Source: Vicugna vicugna
Lineage: Eukaryota
Direction: 5' to 3'
Length of the DNA: 64,000 bases
Assembly (NCBI GenBank): GCA_013265495.1
Contig: MU057651.1
Coordinates: 2,458,948-2,522,947, forward strand
Numbering within the stretch: the first letter of the stretch is position 1; each line of letters begins with the position of its first letter. A model generated the notes under the pieces. It did not search any database. It was not told the origin of the DNA and saw only the letters and a program-made list of their open reading frames with translations. This document shows positions 37,771 through 49,175 of this stretch, piece by piece. The position numbers and the translations under genes are program-made.

Positions 37771-38809
37771 ACAAACCAGGGAGAATCTCTTCTTCCGACC
37801 TCTCGGTGGGCGGTTTGGGGTCTGATCGCTATGCTCTGGAGGTCAGGAGGCGGGGTGAGCGTGAGCGGCCGTGAGTTACCAAGAAATGAGTCAGGAGTCA
37901 GACTAGCATTTGTCTCCGCTGGGTCAACATCCAAGCTGATGTCTTAGAATCTGGGACCAATGATCCAGCCTGTTCGTGGGGGGTTCCGCGGTCATTCAGC
38001 TAACTTCCTGCCTCCTGTCTATGCGGGTCCCTTGTCTCCTGCTGCCCAGCCTCCTGCTGGAACTCAGACCTCATCTTTCCAATTGCACTCATGGATGGGG
38101 CTGGGTGGGGCGGCTCCAGAAAGGCCGAGGGCTGGAGGTGGGGACTCTGGGCCTCATCGCCGCCAGAGTCTTAACTCAAGCGCACACTCAGGTGCAAAGA
38201 CTCTACTGTAAAATGCAGGCACCTTGTACTCAACACTCTCACTCCTAATGCCATGGCCCCAGGGGTCTCAGGGTCCCATCCTGCATCCTCACACCGCGAT
38301 GGACGTCGGGTCTGGTCCACCCACAGGACGAACGACCAGACCAAATGAGATGGGGACTGCATCGCAGCTGACATCATTCCAAATTTCTGAAAAACAGAAG
38401 ATAACTCAGCTACATGCACATGGACATCAGAGGTCTTTGAGATTCAAAAACACCTATTAATAATCCAGGGAGACCCTTTCTGAGAGCGATTTTGGTCATT
38501 CTGTCTCTGCGAAGGACAAGAACTAGTCTTGGGGTTAAAATGCACTTGAGCAAAACTTGGATTCAAAGAAAGATCGGTTATTTGGATAAAAATGGCGTCT
38601 TATGTGCATTTATGATAGAAGAGCATTCTTCAGTTGTTTTTCTGTGATTCCCCAGGGCCGGTGGACTGACCAAGCGCGGAAGCCAAGGCCCCAGAAGTCG
38701 GAGTCTTCCCACCGCACGAGCAGAACTTGGCCTCTGGTTGCGTCTTGGCTCTGAACTTCTTCCTTTAGAAGTCGGAGTCATCGCCGAGTAACCTCATGTG
38801 TTTGATTGC

Positions 38810-38872
38810 ATTTTCAACAGTGTCTGCCTGACATACACGAGGCACTCAATAAACATTTGTGGAATAAACGAA
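38810..38872 (+). mobile_element. L2 3' end fragment
   Basis: gcctgacata...aggcactcaataaacatttgtggaataaacgaat. Confidence 0.7.
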
Positions 38873-38979
38873 TTTTTAAAACATCTGAGGATGCCCATCT
38901 TTGCCTATTTCAAAAGGATACGTTCATATTATAACAATCGATGTGGGACAACGTAGAGCAGGACGCTTACCAGACAACA

Positions 38980-39489
38980 CTATGTTTACCTTTCAAATTA
39001 TTTATTAAACATTCAGCCCACGTGACAGGACAGCTTACAGCCCACAGGTGTAATCTCAAGACCCATAATCACAGATTGCCCTGGAGAATGTTTTCATAAG
39101 CCTTTACCATCACTGACAACTTCAAGAGCACAGAAATCTATACTTAAAAATTTTTTATAGTTGAAGTACTATCAGTTGACAACGCTGGGTCATTTTCCAG
39201 GGTACAGCATCACATCTCAGTCACACACCTATGATTTTTTTTTTAATCACCAAAACATCACAGCCAAATAATGAATAAAGGCTACATCCACTGGGGTGAA
39301 CTTTTCACATAGCAGATAATATTCTTCACTGATGAGAGACTGAACAGGTGTAATCACGAGCTTTTTTTCTGGATAACTTTGGAGATAGATGCGTGGGGCC
39401 ACACACAGGCGTGGTTTCCTGGAGCGAGGACAACACATGGTTTTCGTCTGATCCAGGTGCTCAGATAACTTCATTTCAACGTTTGCTCC
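38980..39489 (-). other. DDC: DDC terminal non-coding exon (3' UTR)
   Basis: Acceptor after a T/C tract ending cggtag| at 39490; minus-strand AATAAA at 39006-39001; resembles the human DDC 3' UTR as recalled. Confidence 0.8.
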
Positions 39490-40189
39490 CTACCGGGGGA
39501 AAAAAAAGTGAACGTAAGGCTCTATTCAAAAAAAAAAAACTAAAAGTCAAAATTCTGTATGCTCGTCGCTTGATCGCAGAGAAGGGACATATTGTTTCTC
39601 CAGGGAGATGGGGGCAACTGTGTAAAGGAATTTGAACTGGAAGAAATGAGTTTTTACTGCCAATCTGGCTTCTCTCTGATCCATTTTTATGAATGTCAGC
39701 TAGAATCTGGGCCCAGTTTTCTCTCCTCTGCAAAACACAGAGTTCTTCGCAGAACTATGACCACGTGGATTTGATGCGGTAACTTTAAGCACAAGGGAAA
39801 ACCAAAGGACAAAAAAGCTCATCACTGATAAAACTGGCAGAGACAGTGCAGGTGGATTATGATTTAGTGTTGTGTCCTACATTTAAAACAAAATTAAATC
39901 CTTTTTTTTCCCCTACGTTTTGCATTGATAGCAGGTATCGTGGCTCCACAAAACCTGTCATTTTTCGGAGCTGCGGTCTCTCTCTGGGTTGTCCTGGGCA
40001 CATGGGAAGGGCACATGGGAGGCGTGCACACAGGGTTGCAGACTGTTCACCTGGAGTGCTTGCCTGATGCGGTCTTGGTTTGAGTATCTCTCAGAGCGGG
40101 TGTGCCCCCACATACACACACCACCCCCCCCGCCGGCCTCGTGGATGAGGACCTGGGGCCCCGCAGCGAGGCTCACCTGCCGGCCACCC

Positions 40190-40390
40190 TCACTCCTTCT
40201 CGGCCCCCAGCAGCTCGGCCGCCAGCCCCCGGATGTGCTCCCAGGCCAGCCGCACGTGGGCCGACTCCACCGTGCGGGAGCAGATGGCAAACCGCAGCAC
40301 GAACTGGTCTCGCAGGCGGCAGGGCACCAGGTGGATTCTTCTGGCACTGTTAATTCTCTCCAGAAGAGCTTCGTTCTGGCTGTTGGGGCC
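40190..40390 (-). CDS. DDC: DDC exon 14, coding part to stop (exon continues to donor at 40177)
   Basis: [69 protein letters not shown] at 40192-40190; CAG|GTGAGC at 40177. Confidence 0.97.
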   Translation of the reverse strand, partial: GPNSQNEALLERINSARRIHLVPCRLRDQFVLRFAICSRTVESAHVRLAWEHIRGLAAELLGAEKE

Positions 40391-41449
40391 CTGAAGCGGT
40401 GGGGAGAGAGGGGCCGGGCTCATATCTGCGGGACGGACTTACACACACACACACACGCGCGCGTGCGCATCATGACATGCACCCCCCCAGAGGAGGGAGC
40501 ACCCCACCTGCCTCGGCCGGGACCTGGGAAGCCGTCCCTCCCCTGCCGGGTGCTGCGTCCCCAGTGCTCAGTCCGGTTCCTCTCCTCCCTCCCTCCACTC
40601 CCCTGGGTCTCCTCTCTTTCCAGGCCAGGACTGCACCCACCAAGTGCCTGATAGTTGGACGCAGAAGGGCCCAGAAGTGGGGCCCAGCATCCTCAGTTAC
40701 AGGACCCTCATGAGATTGTACTGACGGCATCCTTGCTGTGTCTTGAGAACAGTCCTGTCCTGCCGGGGGCTGGACACTGGCCTTACATCCGTGCAGAACC
40801 TCCCGGGCGCTGGCGGAGGGCCTGCGTGGGGCTCCTATGGGTGCCCCGTGGACGGCGAATGGGCCAAAGGCCACTCTGAAACTGCCGATGGGGACCGGGT
40901 CTCGACAGAGCTTGTCCCCTTCACGGATGAGAAGGGAGGGAGGCAGCTGCCAAGGGTGGACGTCCACCAGGGGGACCGAGCAGAGTGCCGGAGGTGAAGG
41001 CCCGTTAGGGAACACCTGCCTGCCGTGTCAAGTGCACTGGACACGAGCTGCCTTCTGTGAAGCAGAGGCGAAGAGGACACACAGAGAGCAGCCCGAGATG
41101 GAGGGACGGGAGCAGCGACAGAGACGGGCTGAGCAGGTGCAGAGCGGGTGTGGGGAGGAGCTGGGTGACGTGGCTGGGGGTTAAATAAAGACCACGCCTA
41201 CACTGTAGCCGTCGGTGATGCAGAGGGCCTGACATCTTCCAGGAGGGAGAGCCGGCACGAAGCATCAGATGACTACGAGACAGAAGACGTGGGCCATCAG
41301 CGCCCTGGGCCATCGGATTCACGGGATAGACGTACAAAGTAACATTTCACAGCGGGAATGTTTTGTTGGCAGAAAAGCCCCCAGGAGAAGAGAGGGCAGG
41401 GACCCACAGAGGTGGCTTTGGCGCTGGAGTAAAGTGTAAGGAGAAAAAC

Positions 41450-41755
41450 TCTTGACGTGGACGACATCATGCTAAGCGAGAGCAGGCAACCTCAAAAGGC
41501 AACGCACTGACAGTTCAGTTTCCACGTCCAGAGTGGACGGATTCGTAGGGACAGAAAGCAGACGGGTGCGCCTGAGGGTGGGGGCTGGGGTGAGGGGTTT
41601 CTCTGGGGAGGATGAAGATGTTCTAAATTTAGATCGTGGGGAGGGCTGCACAACCCCGTGGATGCACTAAGATTCGCTAAAATGGACACTTCATGCGGAC
41701 AGAGCGCAGGGTTATGCGGATTGCATCTCAGCAAAACTGTTAAAAAATTAAAAAA
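41450..41755 (+). mobile_element. Old L1M 3' end
   Basis: catcatgctaagcga...agggacagaaagcaga...gatgaagatgttctaaatttagat...tgcatctcagcaaaactgtt. Confidence 0.8.
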
Positions 41756-42692
41756 TGAAAATCACGCGGCGCAAACAAACCACAAAGGAACTGCTTGATG
41801 GCAAACCAGTCAACGCAGGCTCGCTGCCAACGCCGACGTGGAGGGAGCTGCCACACCCAGTTGTCTGGGGGCCCCTTGTCCCCCGGGGCCTCCTGGCCTC
41901 AGGTCTCCCCACGTTCCGCTCGGCACGGAGCTCACGTCTCCCTCGACAGCTCTCGTGTCGGGACTCTGCTGTCTGTCTGCTGCTTCCAGGCATTTCCACG
42001 GCTGGTTCCCGCATCCCCAGGTCCGGGGACGGAAATGGTAAGGACAGGACGGCTCCTCTGTGATGCCATGCGCCCCTCGCCCTGCCCCCCGACAGCCTCC
42101 GCGGATGTGAGCCAGGAGGCCGGTGCAAAGGTAGACCATGCAGATGAAAAGCCAGCTCCAGGGCGGTCACCCAGCTTCATTCACACAAGACAGCTTCACA
42201 CGTGGGATGGGTGGGGAAACACGTCAATGACCCCTCGGGCAGCAGGACGGCAGAGGGCCACAGAACAGTGCTCCTCAGACCCTCGTGTGGTGGCCGCGAC
42301 CTGGGGGGCCCGTGGGGTGCAGAGGAGGCAGGTCTGGGGTGGCCCCAAGACCCGCTTCTCCCATGCCCCTCGACGATGCTAACACTGGTCCAGGGACCAC
42401 GCGCGTGGCCCCGCGAGCCTGTCGACGGCCGGTCCTCAGCGTGTCCCGTGGTTAAGGCGTATAGATGGGGAACATGGCAAGCATTTTAGGGCTGGGTCTA
42501 CACCAGCCAGGGGGCTGAGCCCCAGCGAGAAGCGTGTCCGTCCGGGGAAGTCTGGGCTGGGAGGCGGGAACAGCAGACTGGAAAATTCAGGCTGGATTCT
42601 GTGGTTTCTGGGGAGCTAATGCAGGTTTTGCGGGATGGAGGAAATGAGTGGCACTTTTCAAAGAAAACCGAAGGAGATTAAAATTGACTTCA

Positions 42693-42836
<144 letters not shown>

Positions 42837-43498
42837 TCATCACCGCTCAGTTCAGAACTTAAGCCCCTAGAAGACTTTTGGAGACGCCCCGTCTGTAACT
42901 CATTTGTGTGCTCTGAGCCACGTTCCTCCGGCGTCTAAGTCCCCAGCTGTTCCCACACAGGTTGAGAAGAAACTCGCCACCGTGAGGAAGGGGCTCAGGT
43001 CTTCAGAAAAAACACCAGCTGTCATTGCCTTCTGTTCGGGGGACCGTTTGGGGTCACAGCCGAACAACGGTTTATACTCTGAGGCTGAAAGTAGGGAAGG
43101 GGTGTGTAAACCTTCTAGGAGAGGGACAGTGGCCAGCATCGCTCAGGTGAGCCGGGTCTGCACCGCAGCCCACGATGGCAGCTTCGGCCATCACTGCATG
43201 GCACCCCCGGCCGGGGTGAGGGCCACCCCGGTCCTCCCCGCGCTCAGGAACAGCCGCCTCTCACTGAAGCCACCCCCTGATCTGCCTTGCGGACCCTGAT
43301 GGGGCTCCAAAGCTGATCTGAATAGTGTGTGAGCCGAGAACCGGCTCGCCGAGCTCTAGGCGCACATGCTGGGGGCTCTCCGCCCGGCATCAGCGCGAAG
43401 CCCTCCCTGGCAGGTGCGCAGAGGGTGTCCGAGCCCCAGTCCTGGTGCTCGCGGGGTGGGATGGAAACACCGTGTCAATGGGCGCGACACACCTGCCG

Positions 43499-43513
43499 CC
43501 ACTAGAGGGCGCC
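43499..43513 (+). promoter_or_regulatory. CTCF motif (DDC intron 12)
   Basis: CCACTAGAGGGCGCC matches the core consensus. Confidence 0.7.
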
Positions 43514-44511
43514 GAAGACCGCTGGGGCTCACGCACCTGCCGGGCACACCCGGCTGTGGCCCCCTGTGCGCTCCTGGTGAGGCAGGGCCGGCACCTCACC
43601 TGGGGGGGTCGGGGGGAGGCATGAAGCAGCGTGATCGCAGCCCGCCGTCCCGCGCTGAGAGCCGGCATCACGAGGGCGAGAAAAACCAGTCAATTTCTCG
43701 CCTTCTCTCCCCAGGGAAGCTGGATTGTCACTGCTTCTGAGCCCAGGGTCTCCGTGTGCAGGGAGAGTCTCTTACCAGGAGCTCGCACACGCTCCTTTCC
43801 TACACGGATCCCCGGGGGCCCTTCAACGCCCACAGCAGCCCTGTGAGGCAGATGGACGCCAAGCACTGGCTCAGCCGAGGGGCCTGGGGACACCGCCCTG
43901 CCCGCCTGCAGCCACACAGTGGGTGAGGGGCGGCCCCGGGACTGAACAGGAGGGGCGGGCCAGGACAGAGACTGTGGGGTGACGCCTGGGGTCCTCTGTC
44001 CATCCGGGGGCGCCCCGGCCTCCGTGTCCTTGACCGTTAGGAATAAGAGCAGCATCGTGGGGCCTGGAGTGGACCCGCGGTCCCCTCTTGTGCGCTCATC
44101 ACGGCTGCCCCGTTCACTGCTTAAACAGCAGTCCCTGAGAGCCACCCCGCGAGACCCGGGTCAGCAGGTGCTCCTGGCTGGGGGCACGTCTGAGAGCCGC
44201 CGGGCTGGGGGGCGTCCACCCCCTCCCCCGGCCCCCACATCGTCCTCTCCTTTCTGATGGTTTCCTGGACAAAAGCCCACTGCGTTCTCACCGCTGCCAC
44301 TGCGGCCCGGACAAGTGTCTGCCCGGCGCTGCGACGGAGGCCCCGGCGTGACAACCGGGTCTTCACGGACATGTCTAGAAGATCCAGAATCGCGCACTGA
44401 CCATCTTACAAAGGCCCTAATCTCACTGGCCCGGACTCTCCCTTATATGTGCTTAGGAGTCCCCCCGCCACCAGCGAACGTCACCCAGATAAGCAGCGGT
44501 CACAAGATCAC

Positions 44512-44610
44512 CTTGCGGATGTAGGCCTGCAGGCCCGTGACTCCGTACAGCCTGAAAACAAACCACATTTTCAAGGAGCGGAACCTTCGGCCCAGCGGCA
44601 GCTGCCAATG
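44512..44610 (-). CDS. DDC: DDC exon 12 (99 bp)
   Basis: [33 protein letters not shown]; cag| acceptor and |gtgatc donor. Confidence 0.97.
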
Positions 44611-46368
44611 CTGAAACAAGACATGAAGTGGCAGGTGAGAGGGGCCCGCGCGGCGGGGCTGGCCTCCTCCCTGGCCCCCGCCCGCCTTGCCCGTTTCTCC
44701 AGTTAACTCCCCGGAGGCCCCCGCATCCTGGGTGGCGATGCTGACAGCCAGCGGTGGAGCGGGGAGGGTCCCCCCTGCCGAGCTCCGGGACGTTTGTTGA
44801 GTGCACCCGGGGAGGACCAGGCTGAAGGCGGGACACGTGACCCTGCCCCAGGGAGCCTACAACCCAGTGCGGGTGGGAGGGGGCCCCCCACGGGTGTCTC
44901 TGCCCGCAGGAAGCAGGAAGGAGGGAGCGAAACCCACCCCCCGTGATGCCTGGCTTCATTTTCCAGATCCACGTGGACCCCCCTGCTGCCCCGCGGGCCA
45001 CCGTGGAATGACCTGCCAGACGTTGCCTCTAGAAGATGCATCTATCAACGTGCAGAAGCCTCCCCTAATTTTCCCTGAATTCCTCAGCTGCCTGGCTCTC
45101 CAGTGCTGTGACACTCCCCAGCGGTGGGTGGTGGGTGTCCTAAAGCCAGAAAGGACGCCCAGGGCAGAAGGGTTGGGGCATTTTGGAGGATTAACTAAGC
45201 AATTCCTGTGCTTTAAGGAGTCGTGACCTATTAGAGTTTATAAAGGGGATCCTGGGGGTGACTCTCCGTCCACCTCCGTTCGGTGCCCCTCCCCGCAGAG
45301 CAGAGCCCAGAGACAGGTGATGCCCCTCGGGGCTCGGGGGTGTAACACCCCCGCCCAGGGCACCTGCCTGTGGGGCCCAGCGTGCTTGGGTGGCACTGCT
45401 TTTTCGTGGAATGCAGCGAGGCACCCCACTTCTCAAGATGCAAAGAGAAACATGAACCCAGCATCTAGACTCAGAAGCACCCCGCACGGTGTCACCGCCG
45501 GTGACACGAGGCACCGTCCGGATTCACGCACCACCTCGCTCTACAGCGCTGGGATCTCGGGTCCGTGTCTCTGTTTTATCGGTGAGAAACCAGGCACCTC
45601 GAGGCTGATGGAGGTGCAGCTCCGGACAGCCTGAGTCCCACCCACTGCACACACAGGTCTCTCTTTTACTTATCAGTGTGTTTGTGAGCTGTTGGGAGAT
45701 TCTCAGCACAAATTAAACCAACTCGCCTTTGGGGAAAATCTGCTATCACACCCCCCGCCACCCCTCAACTAACTAGTAGGTCCGCGGCCATCGGTATTGC
45801 AAAGTCACCCCTCGCCAAGTCGGCCTCCTGGAAACCAAACTGTGGCTTAAACCGGACTGTGAAGGACAGCAAGGTAAACTTGATTACTCTGCTGGGAAGT
45901 GAAAATGCGCACAGTTTAACTGCGCGCTCATTCCATCATGGCCCATGTCACTTCTCTTCTGCAGCCTGAGGCTGGACTGGGGTAAATGCCCCAGGCAGGA
46001 ACGTGCCCCTGGAGGAGCCAGTTACGAGGCTGCCGTCTGAGCACCTCTAATGCCCTCTGACTCTCATCTGCCACTGTCCCCGGAGGCTGGCGCCCCGCGC
46101 GCAGTGAGGGGCCGCGGGATGCAAGGATCGCGCCCGAGAGCAGGCGTTCCCGCCCCACCGTCCGAGGGCCACAGGCAGGCTCATTTTGTCCCAACCTGAG
46201 ACCTGCCCTCGGGGGGCTCAGCGCAGCTGCCCACTGCCTGGCCCGGTGAGAGGGTGTTCTCCGGTGGGACCTGATCACGGAAGGAGCGAGAGGCAGCAGA
46301 TGGTACAGCCCATGGCGGCACCTGGATAACCAGGGACCGGGGGTCAGCGAGACAAGTCTCCCACTTAC

Positions 46369-46388
46369 TCTGTAATCAGTGATGAGGC
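46369..46388 (-). CDS. DDC: DDC exon 11 (20-bp microexon)
   Basis: (G)LITDYR; long pyrimidine tract ending ccag| and |gtaagt donor; phases fit exons 10 and 12. Confidence 0.95.
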
Positions 46389-46530
46389 CTGGAAAAAAGA
46401 ACGAGAAAGAGGACAAAAAAATGTTAGACACACTGGTTGATTACAGACCTAATTCTTTTCTGTCGTCTCCTGAATCAGACGTCAGACCACCGAGGGCAGG
46501 GGAGTAAAATTAAACTTAAAAAAAAATTCC

Positions 46531-46597
46531 CCACTGGAATTTGACACAACATTGTAAAATGATTATAAATCAATAAAAAAATGTTAAAAAGAAAAAA
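46531..46597 (+). mobile_element. Very short L1 3' terminus
   Basis: ggaatttgacacaacattgtaaaatgattataaatcaataaaaaaatgttaaaaa. Confidence 0.75.
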
Positions 46598-47261
46598 CTT
46601 GGGGGCTATGGCATGACAGAATATTTCCCTTCAGCTATGGGTTTCTGTGTGCCAGCCTAAAATAAAATAGAATGCAGTGAAAGTTAAAAAAAAAAAATCC
46701 TGGGGCAATAAACTTTACCGAGATGACTTTGGCTTAAACTCACCCCGCCATTATTCCAGAGCAACACTTGGTGAATATTGGCATCATTTCTGAGGCTTTT
46801 ACTGTTTTACGCATTTCAAACATGAAATGCATTTTTTTTAATAGAAAAGCTTTGCCCGCTGCTCCCTAAATGTGCATTGTTTGATGCCAGCTCCGGTTTT
46901 AAGAACCAGGTTGTATTTCGCAGAGCAGTTTGAGGTTAGCTGGTATCTGGAGTGGCCCCCACAGGACGGAGGGCGATTCTCGGAGGGCGACCCCGGGTTT
47001 TCTGGTCTTTTCACGGAGACCACGTGGGCTGTGAGGGTCCCCGGGGTGGGGGGGCGAGGGGACGGTGCCTGAGCCTGGCTTCTGTCACCGTTACCAGCCG
47101 CACCCTCACCGTGCGACCCCCGGGGAGCCGCTCTGCACCCACCCCCCAAGGGCTGATCCCCGGGGACATGCATCTCCACCTCCGGCTCCTGGGCCCTCTG
47201 AACGCGGCTCTGATGCAAACAAAACTGGAAACAGCCCGGACAGAGCCAGGCGGCGGCTCAC

Positions 47262-47338
47262 CTGAGTCCTGGTGGCTGTGCTTCAGGTAGACGGGGTCCA
47301 ACTTGAAGGCTCCGGTCAAGTCAGTTCTCTTTTTCACC
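47262..47338 (-). CDS. DDC: DDC exon 10 (77 bp), catalytic loop with Tyr (DPVYL)
   Basis: [25 protein letters not shown](G); cag| acceptor and |gtgagc donor. Confidence 0.97.
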
Positions 47339-47449
47339 CTGGCGTCAGAGAACGAATAAGGCGCTGAACGTGGAGGCACTTGGGTGGGGCCGCACCTCCT
47401 GCTCACCCGCTCCTGCTCAGCTCAGGCCGCCCTCCCCGACCCCACGGGC

Positions 47450-48110
47450 TCCCGCCTCCCCCAGCCTCGCAGCAACACAGCTTTCATCTCCGGATCTCCT
47501 GGAACCTCGGATTCCCCGGGTGAGATGCTGGCTGGGCCCCTGGACAGCTTCAGGGTCCAGGCTGGTTGCACGTCTTGGTTAGAGGGGCAGAACTCTGAAC
47601 CCCACCCCTCAGCCCCCAGGGAGAGGAGAGGGACGTGAGACAGTCAGCCACCGATGGCCAGTGATTGGATCAATCACGCCTATGCGATGAAACCTTCACA
47701 AAACCCCCCAGTGACAGGATTTGGGGCGCTTCGGACACACCAGCGTGCTGGGAGGGACCCACGCCTTGCGGGGGACGGGGAAGCTGTGTCCTCAGCCCCA
47801 GCCCTGCCTCTTCCACCGGCTGCTCATTCGTGTCCTTTATCATAAGCCAGTAAATGGAAGCAAGACGCTTTCCTGAGTGTTGGGGGCTGTTCTAACCAGC
47901 TGTCAAAACTGCCGGAGCGGGGGGACCGTAGGGGCCCCCAACTTTACAGCCAAGGCGGACAGAAGTGCAGGCCACCGGGACCCACAATCGGTCACTGCCT
48001 CGTGGGACTGAGCCCTCAACCTGTGGGGTCTGACCTAACTCCGGGCAGTGGGTGTCAGAACTGAATCGCGTTTGGGGACGCCCCGCTGGTGTCTGGAGAG
48101 CTGGGGACCC
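47450..48110 (+). mobile_element. LTR element (MER21-like) in DDC intron 9
   Basis: atggccagtgatt..atcaatcacgcctatg, gtgtcctttat, gtgggactgagccctcaacctgtggggtctgac motifs shared with the 36340 element. Confidence 0.65.
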
Positions 48111-48877
48111 GGGGTCGGGAGGAGAAACCAGGCAGGTTGGAATCTGTTTACTCCTGTCCGTCCAGGCCTGGCAAAGCTCCAGCCCCATTCGGGCATCGCT
48201 GGCGTGCCTGGCGTGACCTGGGGCTAATGGTGGTGCCCGCGCCGTCCTTACCGAGGTGGGAAGCCGTTCATGTAATCACATAGCAATCGCTTTTGCACAA
48301 AATCCACACAAAGCCTCCGGCTCTTAAGAGTGGCTCGCCAACTTCTCGCTCTAATAAACTTAGAAGAACTGGTTTCGAGCAATCCCATCCCACTCTTCCT
48401 TACACATCGTCGGTGTAGCAGACTTTAAGTTTTGAACTCCTGTTTCTTGCTCTAAATGTAACCGATGTGGTTACGTTACTGCTACAGAGAATTTCCAGGG
48501 AACATCTTAGCAAATAGAATTACTTTCATTTTTCCTCAGCAAACGCTTTTAAGCACTCAGCTTGGTGAAGCAGTGAAGAGTGAAAACACAGACGCAAGTG
48601 GATTAGGGATGCAAGCGGGATGACTTTGCATGGTTTTTGTGCACGCGAGGCAAGTGAGACCAGAGCTGGTCCCTGTCAGCCCTCTCTTTCCTTGTGCCAG
48701 CATGTTGCAATGATCTGTTCCAGGTGACAGCGTACAACAGGGCAGGCGGTGTACGCAGGAACCCACGTGCTCCTGCAGCCCGGGGACCCCGCCTGCCCAG
48801 GGGCGTCTCGTGTCCGAGCCCCAGTTCTGTCTACAGAGCAGCGAAACTGCAGGGTAATCGACACCTGGTGAAACTCA

Positions 48878-48982
<105 letters not shown>

Positions 48983-49071
48983 TCAGTTACGAATGTGCAG
49001 TTACAACACGAGAGCCTCCGCCTGGTCATTCAGTTTGCGGTCCCCGGTGAACAGCAGTGGGACCACGCAGA

Positions 49072-49175
49072 TTAGGGTTAGGGTCGGGGTCAGGGTCAGG
49101 CTCAGGGTTATGGGTTAGGGTCGGGGTCAGGGTTGGGGTTAGGGGTTAGGGTCAAGGTTAGGGGTTAGGGTTAGG
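49072..49175 (+). repeat. Degenerate interstitial telomere-like repeat (TTAGGG/TCAGGG/TCGGGG/TTGGGG)
   Basis: About 17 hexamer-type units in DDC intron 8. Confidence 0.9.

Noticed and set aside
45895..45904. Perfect ETS-IRF composite GGAAGTGAAA in DDC intron 11
   Set aside because: A single 10-mer without a supporting motif cluster or conservation data.
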